Below are positions 9,858-20,301 of a stretch of DNA of 64,000 nt, in pieces (positions within the stretch are counted from its first letter, which is position 1; each line of letters starts with the position of its first letter). The notes beneath the pieces were generated by a model. The model was not told where the DNA came from, did no database searches, and saw only the letters and a program-made list of their open reading frames with translations. This stretch comes from Candidatus Multivoradales bacterium (GTDB taxonomy: Bacteria > Acidobacteriota > Thermoanaerobaculia > Multivoradales > J023). The stretch spans positions 5,024,001-5,088,000 of the forward strand of contig CBDFLE010000006.1 in NCBI GenBank assembly GCA_965248925.1, given 5' to 3'. The position numbers and the translations under genes are program-made.

Positions 9858-10495
9858 AATCTGGTGACCCAATGCGATGGCAGTTTGTTCGTTGTTGGCG
9901 CGCACAACACGAAGAGAAGCGGCCGGGGTCACGATTGGGTGGATTGGTATTCGGTCACCATCGGTCCGAACAACACCGTTGGCGTGGCCAAGATCGGCAA
10001 ACACCATCTCTATTTCGACTACCCGGAAGGTAGCAGCGGTAAGTCTCGTCACTGCAATCTGCAGGCCGCGGGCGGAACCTACGTCGACCCCGACGGGCGG
10101 CTGCTGTTCTACAGCACCGAGCATGACAACGACGGGCCGATAGGCAGTGTCAAGTTCGAAGAGTTCCGCTCCAAGACTCTCGGCGACTGCCCGACCATCG
10201 ACCAAGCCTGGACCGACCTCTATGCCGACCCGGACTACAAAGACCGCGGAGTGACCCTCGACTACGCCGACCGAAACTTCGCAACTATCGTAATTGCGAC
10301 GATGTAGAGGACTTCGAAGACAGCATGTCGGGACTGCGCTGGTGCGCCCTGCCGGGGTGGCGCCTACGGCTCTACGAGCATAAGAACCCCTGCGGCGGAG
10401 CTTCGGTGGATCTGCAGAGCAGCGGCGGAATCTCGAGCATCCACTACCAGGGCTTCGGCGACAAACTCTCCTGTTCTCGGTGGCTCCACTTCTGA
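9858..10495 (+). pseudogene. 5'-truncated, frameshifted gene ending in a beta/gamma-crystallin-like domain
   Basis: Coding-like frame starts at the IS end (NLVTQCDGSLF...LYADPDYKDRGVTLDYADRNF). After a frameshift near 10280 it continues DFEDSMSGLRWCALPGWRLRLYEHKN...FGDKLSCSRWLHF*. Confidence 0.65.
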
Positions 10496-10555
10496 GTCAA
10501 CATTTCATATCAGCTTGTGCTAATATAAGTGTACACTTAATTAAGGAGGCCAGCG

Positions 10556-11191
10556 ATGGACTACAGTCAGGCGTTAGGAACGGTGTTTCAAGAGGTCCGG
10601 GAACTCGAGTACGAGGGCAAGCCGGCCAGAGCGGTAGAGGGTTCGCGTTTCTATCCGACCGATGCTGCCGACCTGTGGGACGCACTGACCAACGCCGAGC
10701 GCATTCCACGGTGGTTTCTCCCTATCCGCGGCGACTTGCAGCTAGGTGGTCGTTACCAACTCGAAGGGAACGCGGCTGGAACCGTCACGCGGTGCGATCC
10801 ACCACAAGCCCTCGAGGTAACCTGGGAATTCGGCGGAAACGTGAGCTGGGTGAGTGCGCAGCTAGCACCGGGAAAAGATGGCGTCCGCCTGACCTTGGTG
10901 CACACCATGCTGAAGGACGAGGCCGGCGAGGCGCATTGGGCGACTTATGGCCCCGGCGCCACAGGGGTGGGCTGGGACCTGTCGTTCCTGGGTCTGGGGC
11001 TGCATCTCGAGAGTGGCGGAGAGAATCTTGACCGGGCGGCTGGCGAAGCGTGGCTGGCCTCGGATCCGGGCAAGAGTTTCATCCGCGCCTGTGCCGAGTC
11101 CTGGGGCCAGGCCCACATTAAGGCTGGCGAGAATGAGCAGGTCGCTCAGGCGATGGCCGAGCGCACGGCCAGCTTCTACGCCGGCGAATGA
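10556..11191 (+). CDS. SRPBCC/AHSA1 (START-like) domain protein
   Basis: DLWDALTNAERIPRWF, CDPPQALEVTW and GATGVGWD motifs. AAGGAGG RBS. Confidence 0.9.
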   Translation: MDYSQALGTVFQEVRELEYEGKPARAVEGSRFYPTDAADLWDALTNAERIPRWFLPIRGDLQLGGRYQLEGNAAGTVTRCDPPQALEVTWEFGGNVSWVSAQLAPGKDGVRLTLVHTMLKDEAGEAHWATYGPGATGVGWDLSFLGLGLHLESGGENLDRAAGEAWLASDPGKSFIRACAESWGQAHIKAGENEQVAQAMAERTASFYAGE

Positions 11192-11520
11192 TGCACGCCT
11201 TTGGCGTCCTCGGCGACCCCGTCAGGCGGCGCATCCTAGAGATCCTCGCCGAGGACGGTCACGCTTCGGGAGAGATCGTGGGGATCGTAGGCCGAGAGTT
11301 CGGCATCACCCAGTCCGCTATCTCCCAGCACTTGAAAGTTCTGCGAGACAATGGTTTCGCAACGGTTCAGGTCGAGGGACCGCGCAGGATCTACGAGATC
11401 GACCCAAGTCCGATCGCCGAAGTCGATCAGTGGCTGGAGCGCTTTCGCCGCTTCTGGGCACCTAAGCTCGACGCCCTAGCGATGGAAGTCGAGCGCGGCA
11501 AGCGGCAGCGCCGAAAGTAA
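11188..11520 (+). CDS. ArsR/SmtB family transcriptional regulator
   Basis: LGDPVRRRILEIL...ITQSAISQHLKVLRDNG winged HTH. ATGA overlap with the SRPBCC gene. Confidence 0.93.
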   Translation: MMHAFGVLGDPVRRRILEILAEDGHASGEIVGIVGREFGITQSAISQHLKVLRDNGFATVQVEGPRRIYEIDPSPIAEVDQWLERFRRFWAPKLDALAMEVERGKRQRRK

Positions 11521-11526
11521 ATCCCT

Positions 11527-11564
11527 CCAAAAAGGTTCCACCCCTTTCTGGGAGGGGGAACCTT
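11527..11564. repeat. Copy 2 of the 28-bp repeat, extended into an inverted repeat AAGGTTCC..GGAACCTT (possible terminator or recombination site)
   Basis: AAGGTTCCACCCCTTTCTGGGAGGGGGAACCTT lies directly after the ArsR stop codon. Confidence 0.65.
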
Positions 11565-12600
11565 ACGCACGGTAGTGTGGTAGGAGGGGGTGCGTGAGCC
11601 CCCCCTCCTACCCGCTCGGCCGCGGCGGCGATCACCGAGAGCGGCGGGCCGTTGTCGCACGGTGCGATCACCGCTCGCGAGGTCGGCGTGCCGGCGGCAA
11701 TGGCGGTCAGCGGGTCGCTGAGCAGCTTGGCGGATGGCGAGGTGGTGCGGGTCAATAGTGGCCGTGGTTCGGTGGAGCGCTTGGCCGGCGTAGTAGAGAC
11801 CGCCGCCTGAGGTAGCCGTTACCTAGTTGCAAGTCCGTCAGCAGCGATGGGCCGCTGTCGACCAGCGGGATGTTCTCGAGGCGAAGTGTTACGTTGGCAC
11901 GGGTCGCTTCGGCGGCCAGCTTGACGGCGAGAAAAGTGGCGCCGCGGCCACTGACGAGGCTCGCCGCTGGAATCCGCAGCACGGTGACGCCGGCTAGCTG
12001 AGTCACGTTCGGGGAAGCGGTGGGCATGCCGAGGGCGATCTCGGCGCACGTGGCCATTCTCGCCCGGTGGTTCCCCTGCAGGTAGAGCCGCGTCGGATCG
12101 ATGCAGAATACGCTATCGAGTAAGGTCGGGGAGTCGTGAATCGCGTGATAGCTGATGGCTGACCAGGCAATCTCTGGCACTTGCCTGAGCCGGCTGAGCA
12201 GCCGGCCGACTACCGGCCCACCGTCGGCTCTCGCCAGCCAGCTCAATCGCTCGCTCTGGTGGATGATCATCGGTGCATGTTGTGGGCCGTTGGCTAGAGG
12301 TTCGGGATGCGGTATCAAGCCAAGCAGGCGCAGCACGCGGCGCCGCAAAGGCGCAGAGATTCCGGCCCTCCAGCGCACCGCGATCCGACGTGAGTCGGGG
12401 CGGCAAGTGCCGAAGCTAGGATGGGTAAAGTCGGCTTTCCCGGCCAGTGCTCTGCCGCCTTTCCCTAGTTTGACGCTGTTGCCAGCGGTGTTGTGATTGT
12501 CAGGGTTCATGGGACCTTTACCGAGGTGTCTGACTGCGGCGGAGCCTTTCCTTTGCCGACGACTCTCCAGGCTCCGCCGCTATTCACTGGGTGGTTCCAG

Positions 12601-13014
12601 TCACTTGGTGATGACCGCTCGTAGTGTTCCCTTGTCGGTGGCTTCGAATTCGCCGAAGCCGGTGATGCCGTCAGAGAAGAGCACGACAATGCGGGCTCCC
12701 GACATGTCGAGTACCCGCACTCCTGAGGAGGTGTCGCCGGTGAAGTCGGGGTCGATACCGGCGAATTTCACCGTGTCGCCTGGGTCGAAGTTCGAGAAGC
12801 GGATGAAAACAACTTCGCTGTCCAGTCCTACCGTGGACGTTACCGCCGCGCGGCCGGAGAACGAGCCGAATGAATCCCATGTAGTTGGGAACTTCGCAGT
12901 GCGTCCGCTGATGCCGAAGGCGCGAACTGAGCATTTGCTGGAGTTGTCGAGGGTCAGATTGATGCTGAAGGAATTTAGCGGTCCTGAGAAGGTTGCGACT
13001 AGTTCTTGTGCCAT
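12601..13014 (-). CDS. Hypothetical beta-rich protein (137 aa) without signal peptide
   Basis: ATG with AGGAG RBS, regular codon usage and an alternating beta-strand pattern. Confidence 0.75.
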   Translation of the reverse strand: MAQELVATFSGPLNSFSINLTLDNSSKCSVRAFGISGRTAKFPTTWDSFGSFSGRAAVTSTVGLDSEVVFIRFSNFDPGDTVKFAGIDPDFTGDTSSGVRVLDMSGARIVVLFSDGITGFGEFEATDKGTLRAVITK

Positions 13015-13067
13015 TGTGTTTGCTCCTGGTTCTATCAGTCAGTTTTAGATAATGGTCATTGTCAGGA

Positions 13068-14340
13068 CACTGCTGTCCCGTTAACTTCCGACGATTACCA
13101 GTTGTCTTTCGTCTAGTCCTGGGATCGGCGGCGGCTCTCGTTTCAAGAGGGCCATGAGGTCGCGGCGCTCAAAGAGGTTCAATTGAAGGAGGCGCAAGGC
13201 CTCCCGTAAACTACTGGAAAGACGGTGCTTGTGCTTGATGAAAGCGAGCAATAGGTAGACGCACATGGCGATCCAAAGCTGAGTCAGCACGGCGTTGCGG
13301 CTGGTGCCGACGAAAGTCTTGATCTTCAGATTCTGCTTGATCCACTTGAAGAAGAGTTCAATTTGCCAACGTTCGTGGTAGATATCGGCAATGGTCTGAG
13401 GTGACAGGCGGAACAGGTTCGTCAAGAAATAGTAGATCTTGCCGGTCTCAGGGTCGCGATAGCCTACTCTCCGCAGAGGCATCGGGCAGTCACGACACGC
13501 CTTCACACCGGTCCATTCGATCGTTTGGTCGCTCATCAAACCCTTGGAACGATTGACTCTTCGACGTTCGGTCACGCGGTACTTGGCCCCGCGCTTCAGA
13601 CGGGTCACAAAGAAAAGACCCTTCTCGCTCAGCTGACGAAACCAGCTGTAGCTGTTGTAACCACGATCACAAGCTACGATGCTTCCTCGTGGCAGCGTCA
13701 GGCTCTTGCAGCCCGCGATGTCACCTGTTTTTCCATCCGAGATCGCAACGAAGGCAGGCAAGTAGCCACCGTGATCCAACCCCACATGCAGCTTGATCGC
13801 TCCCTTGGTCGTACGAAACTTCGCCCATGGGAATATCGACAGACAGAGGTCTATCACCGAGGCGTCAAGCGAGAACAAGCGGTTCTTGAACCGGAACGTA
13901 TGCTTGGGCGCCACTGCCTGAGCATGCCCCAGAAGTCTCCCAAATAGCTCTTCAAAAAGGAGATAGGGCTTCTCTTCGTTGATCCGTGCCAAGTTAGATC
14001 GCGACAGGACTCGGCAGCCGAGATGGTAGAGCTTGTGCCGCTGCGCTCGTAGATTGTCAACGATGTCGCGCAAGCTAGAACGCCCGGACAGCTGGGCCAT
14101 CATCAGAGCCACCAGCTGCGACCAGCGGCTCGCAGTGCGGAACTGGCGACCGGCGTGGTGGCGTTTTGCGAGGGCCTCGAATTCATGTCTCGAAATCAGT
14201 TGCAGTAGCTGGGCGAAGACGGTGCTATGATGTGCCAAGGCTCAGATCTCCCTTTGATTCAGCCGTTTAGCGATGACTGATTCTATCAAGACCAGGGAGG
14301 TTTGAGCCTATTTTTCTGCGAAGTTAACGGGACAGCAGTG
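13068..14340 (-). mobile_element. IS4-family insertion sequence, copy 1 (1273 bp)
   Basis: 21-bp terminal IR CACTGCTGTCCCGTTAACTTC and 9-bp target duplication TTGTCAGGA. Confidence 0.96.
13081..14238 (-). CDS. IS4-family transposase (DUF4372-like N-terminus + DDE domain)
   Basis: LDASVIDL, CDRGY and the YREK-type motif YHERWQIELFFKWIKQ. Confidence 0.95.
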   Translation of the reverse strand: MAHHSTVFAQLLQLISRHEFEALAKRHHAGRQFRTASRWSQLVALMMAQLSGRSSLRDIVDNLRAQRHKLYHLGCRVLSRSNLARINEEKPYLLFEELFGRLLGHAQAVAPKHTFRFKNRLFSLDASVIDLCLSIFPWAKFRTTKGAIKLHVGLDHGGYLPAFVAISDGKTGDIAGCKSLTLPRGSIVACDRGYNSYSWFRQLSEKGLFFVTRLKRGAKYRVTERRRVNRSKGLMSDQTIEWTGVKACRDCPMPLRRVGYRDPETGKIYYFLTNLFRLSPQTIADIYHERWQIELFFKWIKQNLKIKTFVGTSRNAVLTQLWIAMCVYLLLAFIKHKHRLSSSLREALRLLQLNLFERRDLMALLKREPPPIPGLDERQLVIVGS

Positions 14341-14519
14341 TTGTCAGGACCATTTCTGATTAGATTACTATTGGTATAGTCCAGAAGACTCAAGGAAGGT
14401 TTAGAAATAGATCCTGGAGAGGTGATTGTTCAGGATAATACGGTGATGATCATGAGCTGCCTAGGCTTCGTTGAAGACCGAAGCAGCTCAGTAGTCGGTA
14501 TGCACATGCCACCTGAGCT

Positions 14520-17048
14520 TTAGCTCGGTTGTTGAGCGAGTCGCCAGGTGATCCGGCCAACTTCCTCGCCTTCGAACAGCTGGCGGATGACCAGCGAGGA
14601 GCCGGCTGCTGTTCCCTGCGGCAAAGTCACCGTGAAGGAAGCTATGTAAGGTGGCTCGGCGGCGAGCTGCACGGCGGGGAATCCCAGTCGCGGAGCGCGC
14701 GGCAGCTGCAAGTCCATGCCCGGTGGGTCAGTCGCCGGCTGGGCGGGAGGCAGGCGATCGTTCCACAATCTGGCGGCCAGATGGCGCGGCACCCGCAAAG
14801 TCACCTCAGTGCCTGGCGGCATGCTCTGCAGGATCTCGAAGTCGAAGACTCTGGGTCGATCGGCAGCGCCGACAATACAGAAGTAAAGGCGACTGCTGGG
14901 GTTGGCGTCCTCGACAATGCTTCGCTTGGCGTGCTGGCGGTTGAAGCTGAGGAACTCGCGCCAGCGAAAGTAGGGACGGGGCGGTGGCAGTGCCGGCGTT
15001 GGATCCTGGCAGTAGTCGAGCACCGCCAGGAAAGAGGCGTCTGCCGTGCTGGCCTGGTGGTCCAGACCTACCGCATGTGGCTGATTGCCTGCTGGCACGT
15101 CTATCTTTGGCGTGCCGCCGATCCGGTTCGCCGTCGTTGGTAGGATCAAGGTCGAGAGGGGCAGCTGGTAGACCGTGGCCTCGGCCTCGGTGGTGGCCAG
15201 CCCGTAGTTGCGCAGCTGCAGTGTGATGCTGCCGTCGACGGCCACCTCGAGGTCCGGACTGGAGCAGGTGACGTGGCCGGAGAGTCCGTCGCCATCGTCC
15301 CCCAGGTGGGCCCGCAGGTAAACCCGCGGGTCCAGCGCCAGGCTCTTGCAGATGGCGCCCAGATCGGGCATCACGCCAATGTGTCCCGCCACGCCGCCGC
15401 CTTGTCGAGTGCCGGTAGTGCGGTCGGCGAGGATGGCGCGCATCTGGCTCGGTGAGAGCCGCTGTCCGGCTTTCGATTGGTGTATGTTCTGCAAGATCAA
15501 GGCGGCGCCGGCGACGATCGGTACGGCGCTGCTGGTACCGCCGAAAGTCTGCGTGTGGGCGTTGTTCTGGCGATCGTCGAGATCGCCGTAGCCGGTCGTC
15601 ACCACCCCTTCACCGCAGGCGAAGCAGTCGAGCCGCGAGCCGTAATTCGAGAACCGAGCGCGGTCGTTCGGGTAGCGCGAGCGTGATGCACCGACCAGGA
15701 TCGCTCCGGAGTCGCGGAAGCCGCCCCGTCGGCGGTCGAGCACCGCGCGGCCCGAGGGATCGCGGTAGGAGTCGAGGTCGAAGCCGCCGTTGCCGGCTGC
15801 CGCGACGACGATCAACCCATGTGCCGTCGCCAGCCGGATGGCCGCGAAGTCGGCCGGGTCGACCTCGGCTGGCAAGAAGCCGCGTTGCACCTCGACCAGC
15901 AACACGTCTCCCGGCTGCAGGGTCGTTCCTTCGGTGAGGTCGTCCACCGCCGCGGTGATCGCATCCGCCACGTTGCCGGCCCCTTGGCCAGCGAGAAAGT
16001 GCGACAGCAGGTGGACTTGACTGCCCGGTGCGACGCCCTCGATGCCGCTGCTGTTGCGACTGGCGGCGAGCTGGCCAACCACCGCGGTGCCGTGATGGCC
16101 GCGGTAGGTGTCCGGCCCCTGGCCGTTCGCCTGGTGGCGATTGTTGCCGTGCAGCAGGGCTGGAATGCCGTCGTCCCACAGCTCGTCGTTGGCGACCCAG
16201 CCTTGCTCGAGGTCGACGGCGTCGACCCTCTGGCCGTTGGTCAGTGGCCTGGCCCAGCTGGCGCCGATGCCGACCGGAGCCCGATCGAGGTAGTGCTGGT
16301 GCTGGGCGAAGGCGTCGGCAGACTGCGGGTCGTTGGCGGCCAGCTCGCGGTAGGCGAGATCGACCCAGACAAGATCGTTGAGCAGGCTGATAGCACGCTC
16401 CGCCGCCGCCGCCGGAAGATGCCTCGCATCGACCCGGCGATAGGCCGCCAAGCTGTGCGATGGTGGCCAGGGGGTCTTGCTGGCCCGCTCCTCGAGCTCG
16501 AGAATTCGCTGCTGACTGTCTCGGTGATATTCCGGCCCGTACCTCGGCAGGTTGACCAAATTCCGCGGACGCCCCTTCTCCGAGCGCAGTAGAGAGACGA
16601 CGCTTTGCAGGTCCGACTCTTCCTCGGTTTTGGCTGCCAGCAGTCGGTAGGGCCAGCTCAGCTGGGCGCGCTGATGCTCGAGCGACTCGCTGAGCAGCTG
16701 CTGCAGGGTGTCGGCGTCGGCCAGGGTGTGCTGCTTGCGTAGACGGATGATGATCGAGCCGCTGTACTCCGCCTCGGGTACCGGAAACTCGTGGGATCGC
16801 GGTCCAGTGGCGATGTTATCTACCGCTGCCGCGGCTGCCCCCGGAAGGGTCGCTTGGCCCAGCCTGGTGGATGGAGGACCCAGCCTGGTGGATGGGTCCT
16901 CCAGCGGAACCAGCACTGGGCTGTCTTCTGGGTCGAGCCGCTGCTGGACTGTGTTGGCAGGATCCTCGAGGGGCACGAGTACTGGACTATCCTCGGGGTC
17001 TCCGATCTGGCCAAAAGAGCCCCCGGCTGGGTTCTTGAAATTGTGCAT
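14520..17048 (-). CDS. S8 (subtilisin-like) serine peptidase, 842 aa
   Basis: Catalytic triad VDLEQGW / HHGTAVVG / GGTSSAVP and oxyanion AAGNG. No signal peptide. AGGAGG RBS. Confidence 0.93.
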   Translation of the reverse strand: MHNFKNPAGGSFGQIGDPEDSPVLVPLEDPANTVQQRLDPEDSPVLVPLEDPSTRLGPPSTRLGQATLPGAAAAAVDNIATGPRSHEFPVPEAEYSGSIIIRLRKQHTLADADTLQQLLSESLEHQRAQLSWPYRLLAAKTEEESDLQSVVSLLRSEKGRPRNLVNLPRYGPEYHRDSQQRILELEERASKTPWPPSHSLAAYRRVDARHLPAAAAERAISLLNDLVWVDLAYRELAANDPQSADAFAQHQHYLDRAPVGIGASWARPLTNGQRVDAVDLEQGWVANDELWDDGIPALLHGNNRHQANGQGPDTYRGHHGTAVVGQLAASRNSSGIEGVAPGSQVHLLSHFLAGQGAGNVADAITAAVDDLTEGTTLQPGDVLLVEVQRGFLPAEVDPADFAAIRLATAHGLIVVAAAGNGGFDLDSYRDPSGRAVLDRRRGGFRDSGAILVGASRSRYPNDRARFSNYGSRLDCFACGEGVVTTGYGDLDDRQNNAHTQTFGGTSSAVPIVAGAALILQNIHQSKAGQRLSPSQMRAILADRTTGTRQGGGVAGHIGVMPDLGAICKSLALDPRVYLRAHLGDDGDGLSGHVTCSSPDLEVAVDGSITLQLRNYGLATTEAEATVYQLPLSTLILPTTANRIGGTPKIDVPAGNQPHAVGLDHQASTADASFLAVLDYCQDPTPALPPPRPYFRWREFLSFNRQHAKRSIVEDANPSSRLYFCIVGAADRPRVFDFEILQSMPPGTEVTLRVPRHLAARLWNDRLPPAQPATDPPGMDLQLPRAPRLGFPAVQLAAEPPYIASFTVTLPQGTAAGSSLVIRQLFEGEEVGRITWRLAQQPS

Positions 17049-17253
17049 GGCGCCTCCTTGCGAAAGTATTGAAATCGACCTCCGAGATACGGATCTCTGC
17101 GTCCGTGGGAGGCGCCAGCTTGGTGGTCCCAGCTTGGCGATCCCAGAATGTGACAGGTGCAGGGGTCTCTAGACGCTGCTAGAGAATGTTGATCTCGGTA
17201 GCTCTGCTGAGCGGGTTCTGTTGTTCTAAGAGTCCGGTGTCGGGCTGTGGGGT

Positions 17254-20200
17254 TTAGTCTGGCGTTGGATCAGCGTCGCCCAAGGGGCGCCATTCGCCCT
17301 GGATAACCCAGGCGGCCCAGGCAAAGGGTGAGGAGTGCTGGCGGGTTCGTCGCAAGGCCAGCTGTGCCTGACGCAGGGCAGCGGCCGGGGACTGCTGGCC
17401 GCGCAAGAGTTCCTCGTAGAAGGTACTCATCAGCGCGCGGGTGCTGTCGTCCCCTATTTCCCACAAGCTGACCATCACCCGGCTGGCGCCGGCCGAGAAA
17501 AAGCCCTGGGTCAGGCCCACCAACCCCTCGCCCGCTACTTCTTGACCGAGAGCGGATTCGCAGGCCGAGAGGACGACCAGCTCGGCCGGAATGTCGAGGT
17601 CGTGAATCTCGTGCGCCCGGAGGTCGCCGTCGAGCGGCCTGTCTTGAGGGTCAAGACGCGATAGAGCGAGGTAGGAGAGTTCCGGGAAACGCTCGTTGAG
17701 CTTGCCGTGGGTGGCGAAGTGAACGATGCGAAAGTGCGCCAGATCGCCGCTGGTGGCGAGGTCCTTGGTCGCCTCGAAGCCCATCGCGCTGAAGCCGCTA
17801 CCGGGAGGTAGTAGGGCGAGGATCGCGTCGGCTTCGTGGCGAGTCTGCGGCAGCTGCGGTAGGGGCTGGGTGGGCAGGAGCGGGTCGTTGCGGTGGAAAA
17901 CCGGATCCGCTAGAACGGCCAGCATCCTCGGCGCGGGTCGGCGTTTGCGGCCGACCTTGCGCAATGCCGCCAAGGTCGATCCCGAGGGCAGGTAGCTCAC
18001 CAGGTGACCTTCGAGCAGCGGCGCTCGGGACGGGTCGGTCAGGCAATCACCCAGCATCGCCGGGTCAGGGAGGGCAGCGAAAGGGATGAGGCGCAGGGCT
18101 CCGTCCGGTGCGACCAGCAGGTGGCTGCCTGGGGACACCAACTCTGCGGCCGGTGCCAGAATCATTTGGCCGAGCTTGCACAGGGCGATCTCGGCGGCGG
18201 ACCTACGGCTGGCATTGAAGCTCTCGATCAGCGGCTCGTAGGCTTGAAAAACGGCCGTCTCGATCTGCTGCCGGTCAGCTAGCTCGAAGGATTCGAAGCG
18301 CTCCGGGGTTACCAACCAAAGATGGCTCCGGCGCTCGCCGAGGCGGTAGGCCAGCAGCACCGTGTGCGGGTCCAGCAGGTCCTGAACCGCGGCCAGGTCC
18401 AGAGTCTGGAGAGGCGCTGACTGCCGCTCCAAGATGTTGCTGCGGGTCTCATCGAGCTTGGCCAACTGGTCGAGCAAACGCGCTTCTACGGTGCTGACCA
18501 GGGGTGTTGGCTGCGACTCAGCGTCCAATCTACTCAGCTCGGCGACGGTGGCATTAATACTGCGGTTCAGCTCGCGCTGGCGCTTGGCAAGCTGCGGGTC
18601 CGCCGCTACATTGACGCGGTTCAAGAGATCGAGCAGCGACCGCGACCGCGACCGTTCGTTGAGTTCGAAGGCGCGCTGGTCGAGGCCGAGGTCAGTCAGA
18701 ACCTCGACGCCGAGGTCGAAGATCGGTTGGAAGGTGGCGAAATAGGCCATTCGCAGATCATTGCCGCGCGGTTGGCCGCGGACCTGCTCGGCGATCCGCA
18801 GTGCGTTCCCGACCGCTTGCCGGGCGCCTCGCAGGTCGCCCCACCCATACCGAGCGCCAGCGATCTCGCCCCAGATCTCTGCTTCGGCGAGCTGGTCGCC
18901 GACTTCGTGAACCAACTCCAGGGCGTGCTGCCGGGCGTCGATCGCCGCCTTTCGTTGACCGGGGTCGGCCTGGAGGAGGGAGGCCAGGCAAAGCAGCGAG
19001 CTGGCCTGGTTGCGCGACAGCTTCAGCTGATCGAGAATCTTCTCGGCCTCGCTGCAGCTGGCGAGCGCCTCTCGAGGGCGATCGAGGGCTTGCTCGATAC
19101 GGCCGATTCGCCACAGAGTCGAACCCTTGCCAGCTCGGTCTTCGATCTGCTGGCGCAGCTTCAGCGCGCGGTGGAAGAAGTCGAGCGCTGGCTCCAGTTC
19201 CCCTTTGTCCAAGTGCAGCTGTCCGAGTTGATTCAGCGTCGTCGCCAATGATCTCTGTGCATCAAGGTCTTTCCAGATGGCCATCGCCTTGTCGAAGGAG
19301 ACTTGCGCCAGGGGCCATTTGCCCAGGGCGCGGAACAGGGTGCCAAGATCGTGCTGGGCGGTGGCGACATTGACCCGCAGGCCGTGAGCATCGCTCTGAT
19401 CGCGGGCCCTTTCGTAGTGGTCTTGAGCTTCTCGTACGCGGCCTTGAATACGGTAGGCGGTGGCCAGATTGATCCTCAGGCTGGCTTCGCCCCAAGTATC
19501 CGAACGCCGTTGCCAGATTCTCAAGGCGAGCTCGAAATAGCGGATCGCTAGCTCGGTATCGTTGGCGGTGAATTGCAGGAGCCCCAATTGGCCCAAGGCC
19601 TGGCCTTCGCGGAACTCGTCGCTGCGGTCATGAAACAGCTTGACCGCTGAGCGGAAAGCCTCGATCGCTGGACGGCGGTGTTCCGGGGAACGGTGAGCAA
19701 GCGCCTTGTAACACCAACCGATCCGGGCCTGGGTTTCGGCAATCCAAGCGCTGTCGCCGAGCAGCTGCCAGCGCTCGAGAGCGAGCGAGAACTGCTCCAG
19801 GGCTTCGCTGTTGTGCCGATCGCGGCGCAGCTGACTTGCTTGATAGAAGAGCTTTGCGGCCCTCGCTCTATCACGTTCCGTGGCGCTGGCGGGCCCGCTG
19901 CCGTGGACCTCGATGGCGTAGCTGCCGTCGCTGCTGGACTCGATTCGCAGATGGTGGACGCCGGTGGTCTCGGCCCGCAGCACGACCCGCTCAACACCCT
20001 GGTCGCGGGTCGGCCCGTCAACCTCGAACAGCGGCCCCTCCGGTCCGCTGACCGCGAGCACGACATCGACCCCCCGTTGGTGGACCGTCAGCCGCAGGTA
20101 CTGGCCGCTTTCGAGGCGAAAATCGAAGTCTTGAGCGTGGCTTTCGCCCAACTGCCGGTCGGCTCGCAGGCCGACGCCCAGGTCGAGAGTTTCGGCGTCT

Positions 20201-20301
20201 CTCGGCGGCGGTTGCGGAAGTCGGCAATGCGACAGCGCCAGACAGCCCAGGCCGGCGATCAAGAAAGCGCCGAGTGTGAGGCTCGTCCGGGCTTGATTCA
20301 T
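17254..20301 (-). CDS. TPR-repeat CHAT-domain (caspase-like) protease, exported
   Basis: Signal or lipoprotein-like N-terminus, PPC-like domain, many TPRs, and an intact dyad HFATHG / LSACES. Confidence 0.94.
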   Translation of the reverse strand: MNQARTSLTLGAFLIAGLGCLALSHCRLPQPPPRDAETLDLGVGLRADRQLGESHAQDFDFRLESGQYLRLTVHQRGVDVVLAVSGPEGPLFEVDGPTRDQGVERVVLRAETTGVHHLRIESSSDGSYAIEVHGSGPASATERDRARAAKLFYQASQLRRDRHNSEALEQFSLALERWQLLGDSAWIAETQARIGWCYKALAHRSPEHRRPAIEAFRSAVKLFHDRSDEFREGQALGQLGLLQFTANDTELAIRYFELALRIWQRRSDTWGEASLRINLATAYRIQGRVREAQDHYERARDQSDAHGLRVNVATAQHDLGTLFRALGKWPLAQVSFDKAMAIWKDLDAQRSLATTLNQLGQLHLDKGELEPALDFFHRALKLRQQIEDRAGKGSTLWRIGRIEQALDRPREALASCSEAEKILDQLKLSRNQASSLLCLASLLQADPGQRKAAIDARQHALELVHEVGDQLAEAEIWGEIAGARYGWGDLRGARQAVGNALRIAEQVRGQPRGNDLRMAYFATFQPIFDLGVEVLTDLGLDQRAFELNERSRSRSLLDLLNRVNVAADPQLAKRQRELNRSINATVAELSRLDAESQPTPLVSTVEARLLDQLAKLDETRSNILERQSAPLQTLDLAAVQDLLDPHTVLLAYRLGERRSHLWLVTPERFESFELADRQQIETAVFQAYEPLIESFNASRRSAAEIALCKLGQMILAPAAELVSPGSHLLVAPDGALRLIPFAALPDPAMLGDCLTDPSRAPLLEGHLVSYLPSGSTLAALRKVGRKRRPAPRMLAVLADPVFHRNDPLLPTQPLPQLPQTRHEADAILALLPPGSGFSAMGFEATKDLATSGDLAHFRIVHFATHGKLNERFPELSYLALSRLDPQDRPLDGDLRAHEIHDLDIPAELVVLSACESALGQEVAGEGLVGLTQGFFSAGASRVMVSLWEIGDDSTRALMSTFYEELLRGQQSPAAALRQAQLALRRTRQHSSPFAWAAWVIQGEWRPLGDADPTPD

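Noticed and set aside
9309-10307. 332-aa ORF as a real gene
   Set aside because: It is a chimera of IS antisense sequence and a truncated host gene.
11752-12510. 252-aa ORF
   Set aside because: No coherent domain and Arg/Pro-rich composition. Only a short esterase-like snippet (LLDSVFCIDPTRLYLQG) is present, so this is probably a degraded mosaic.
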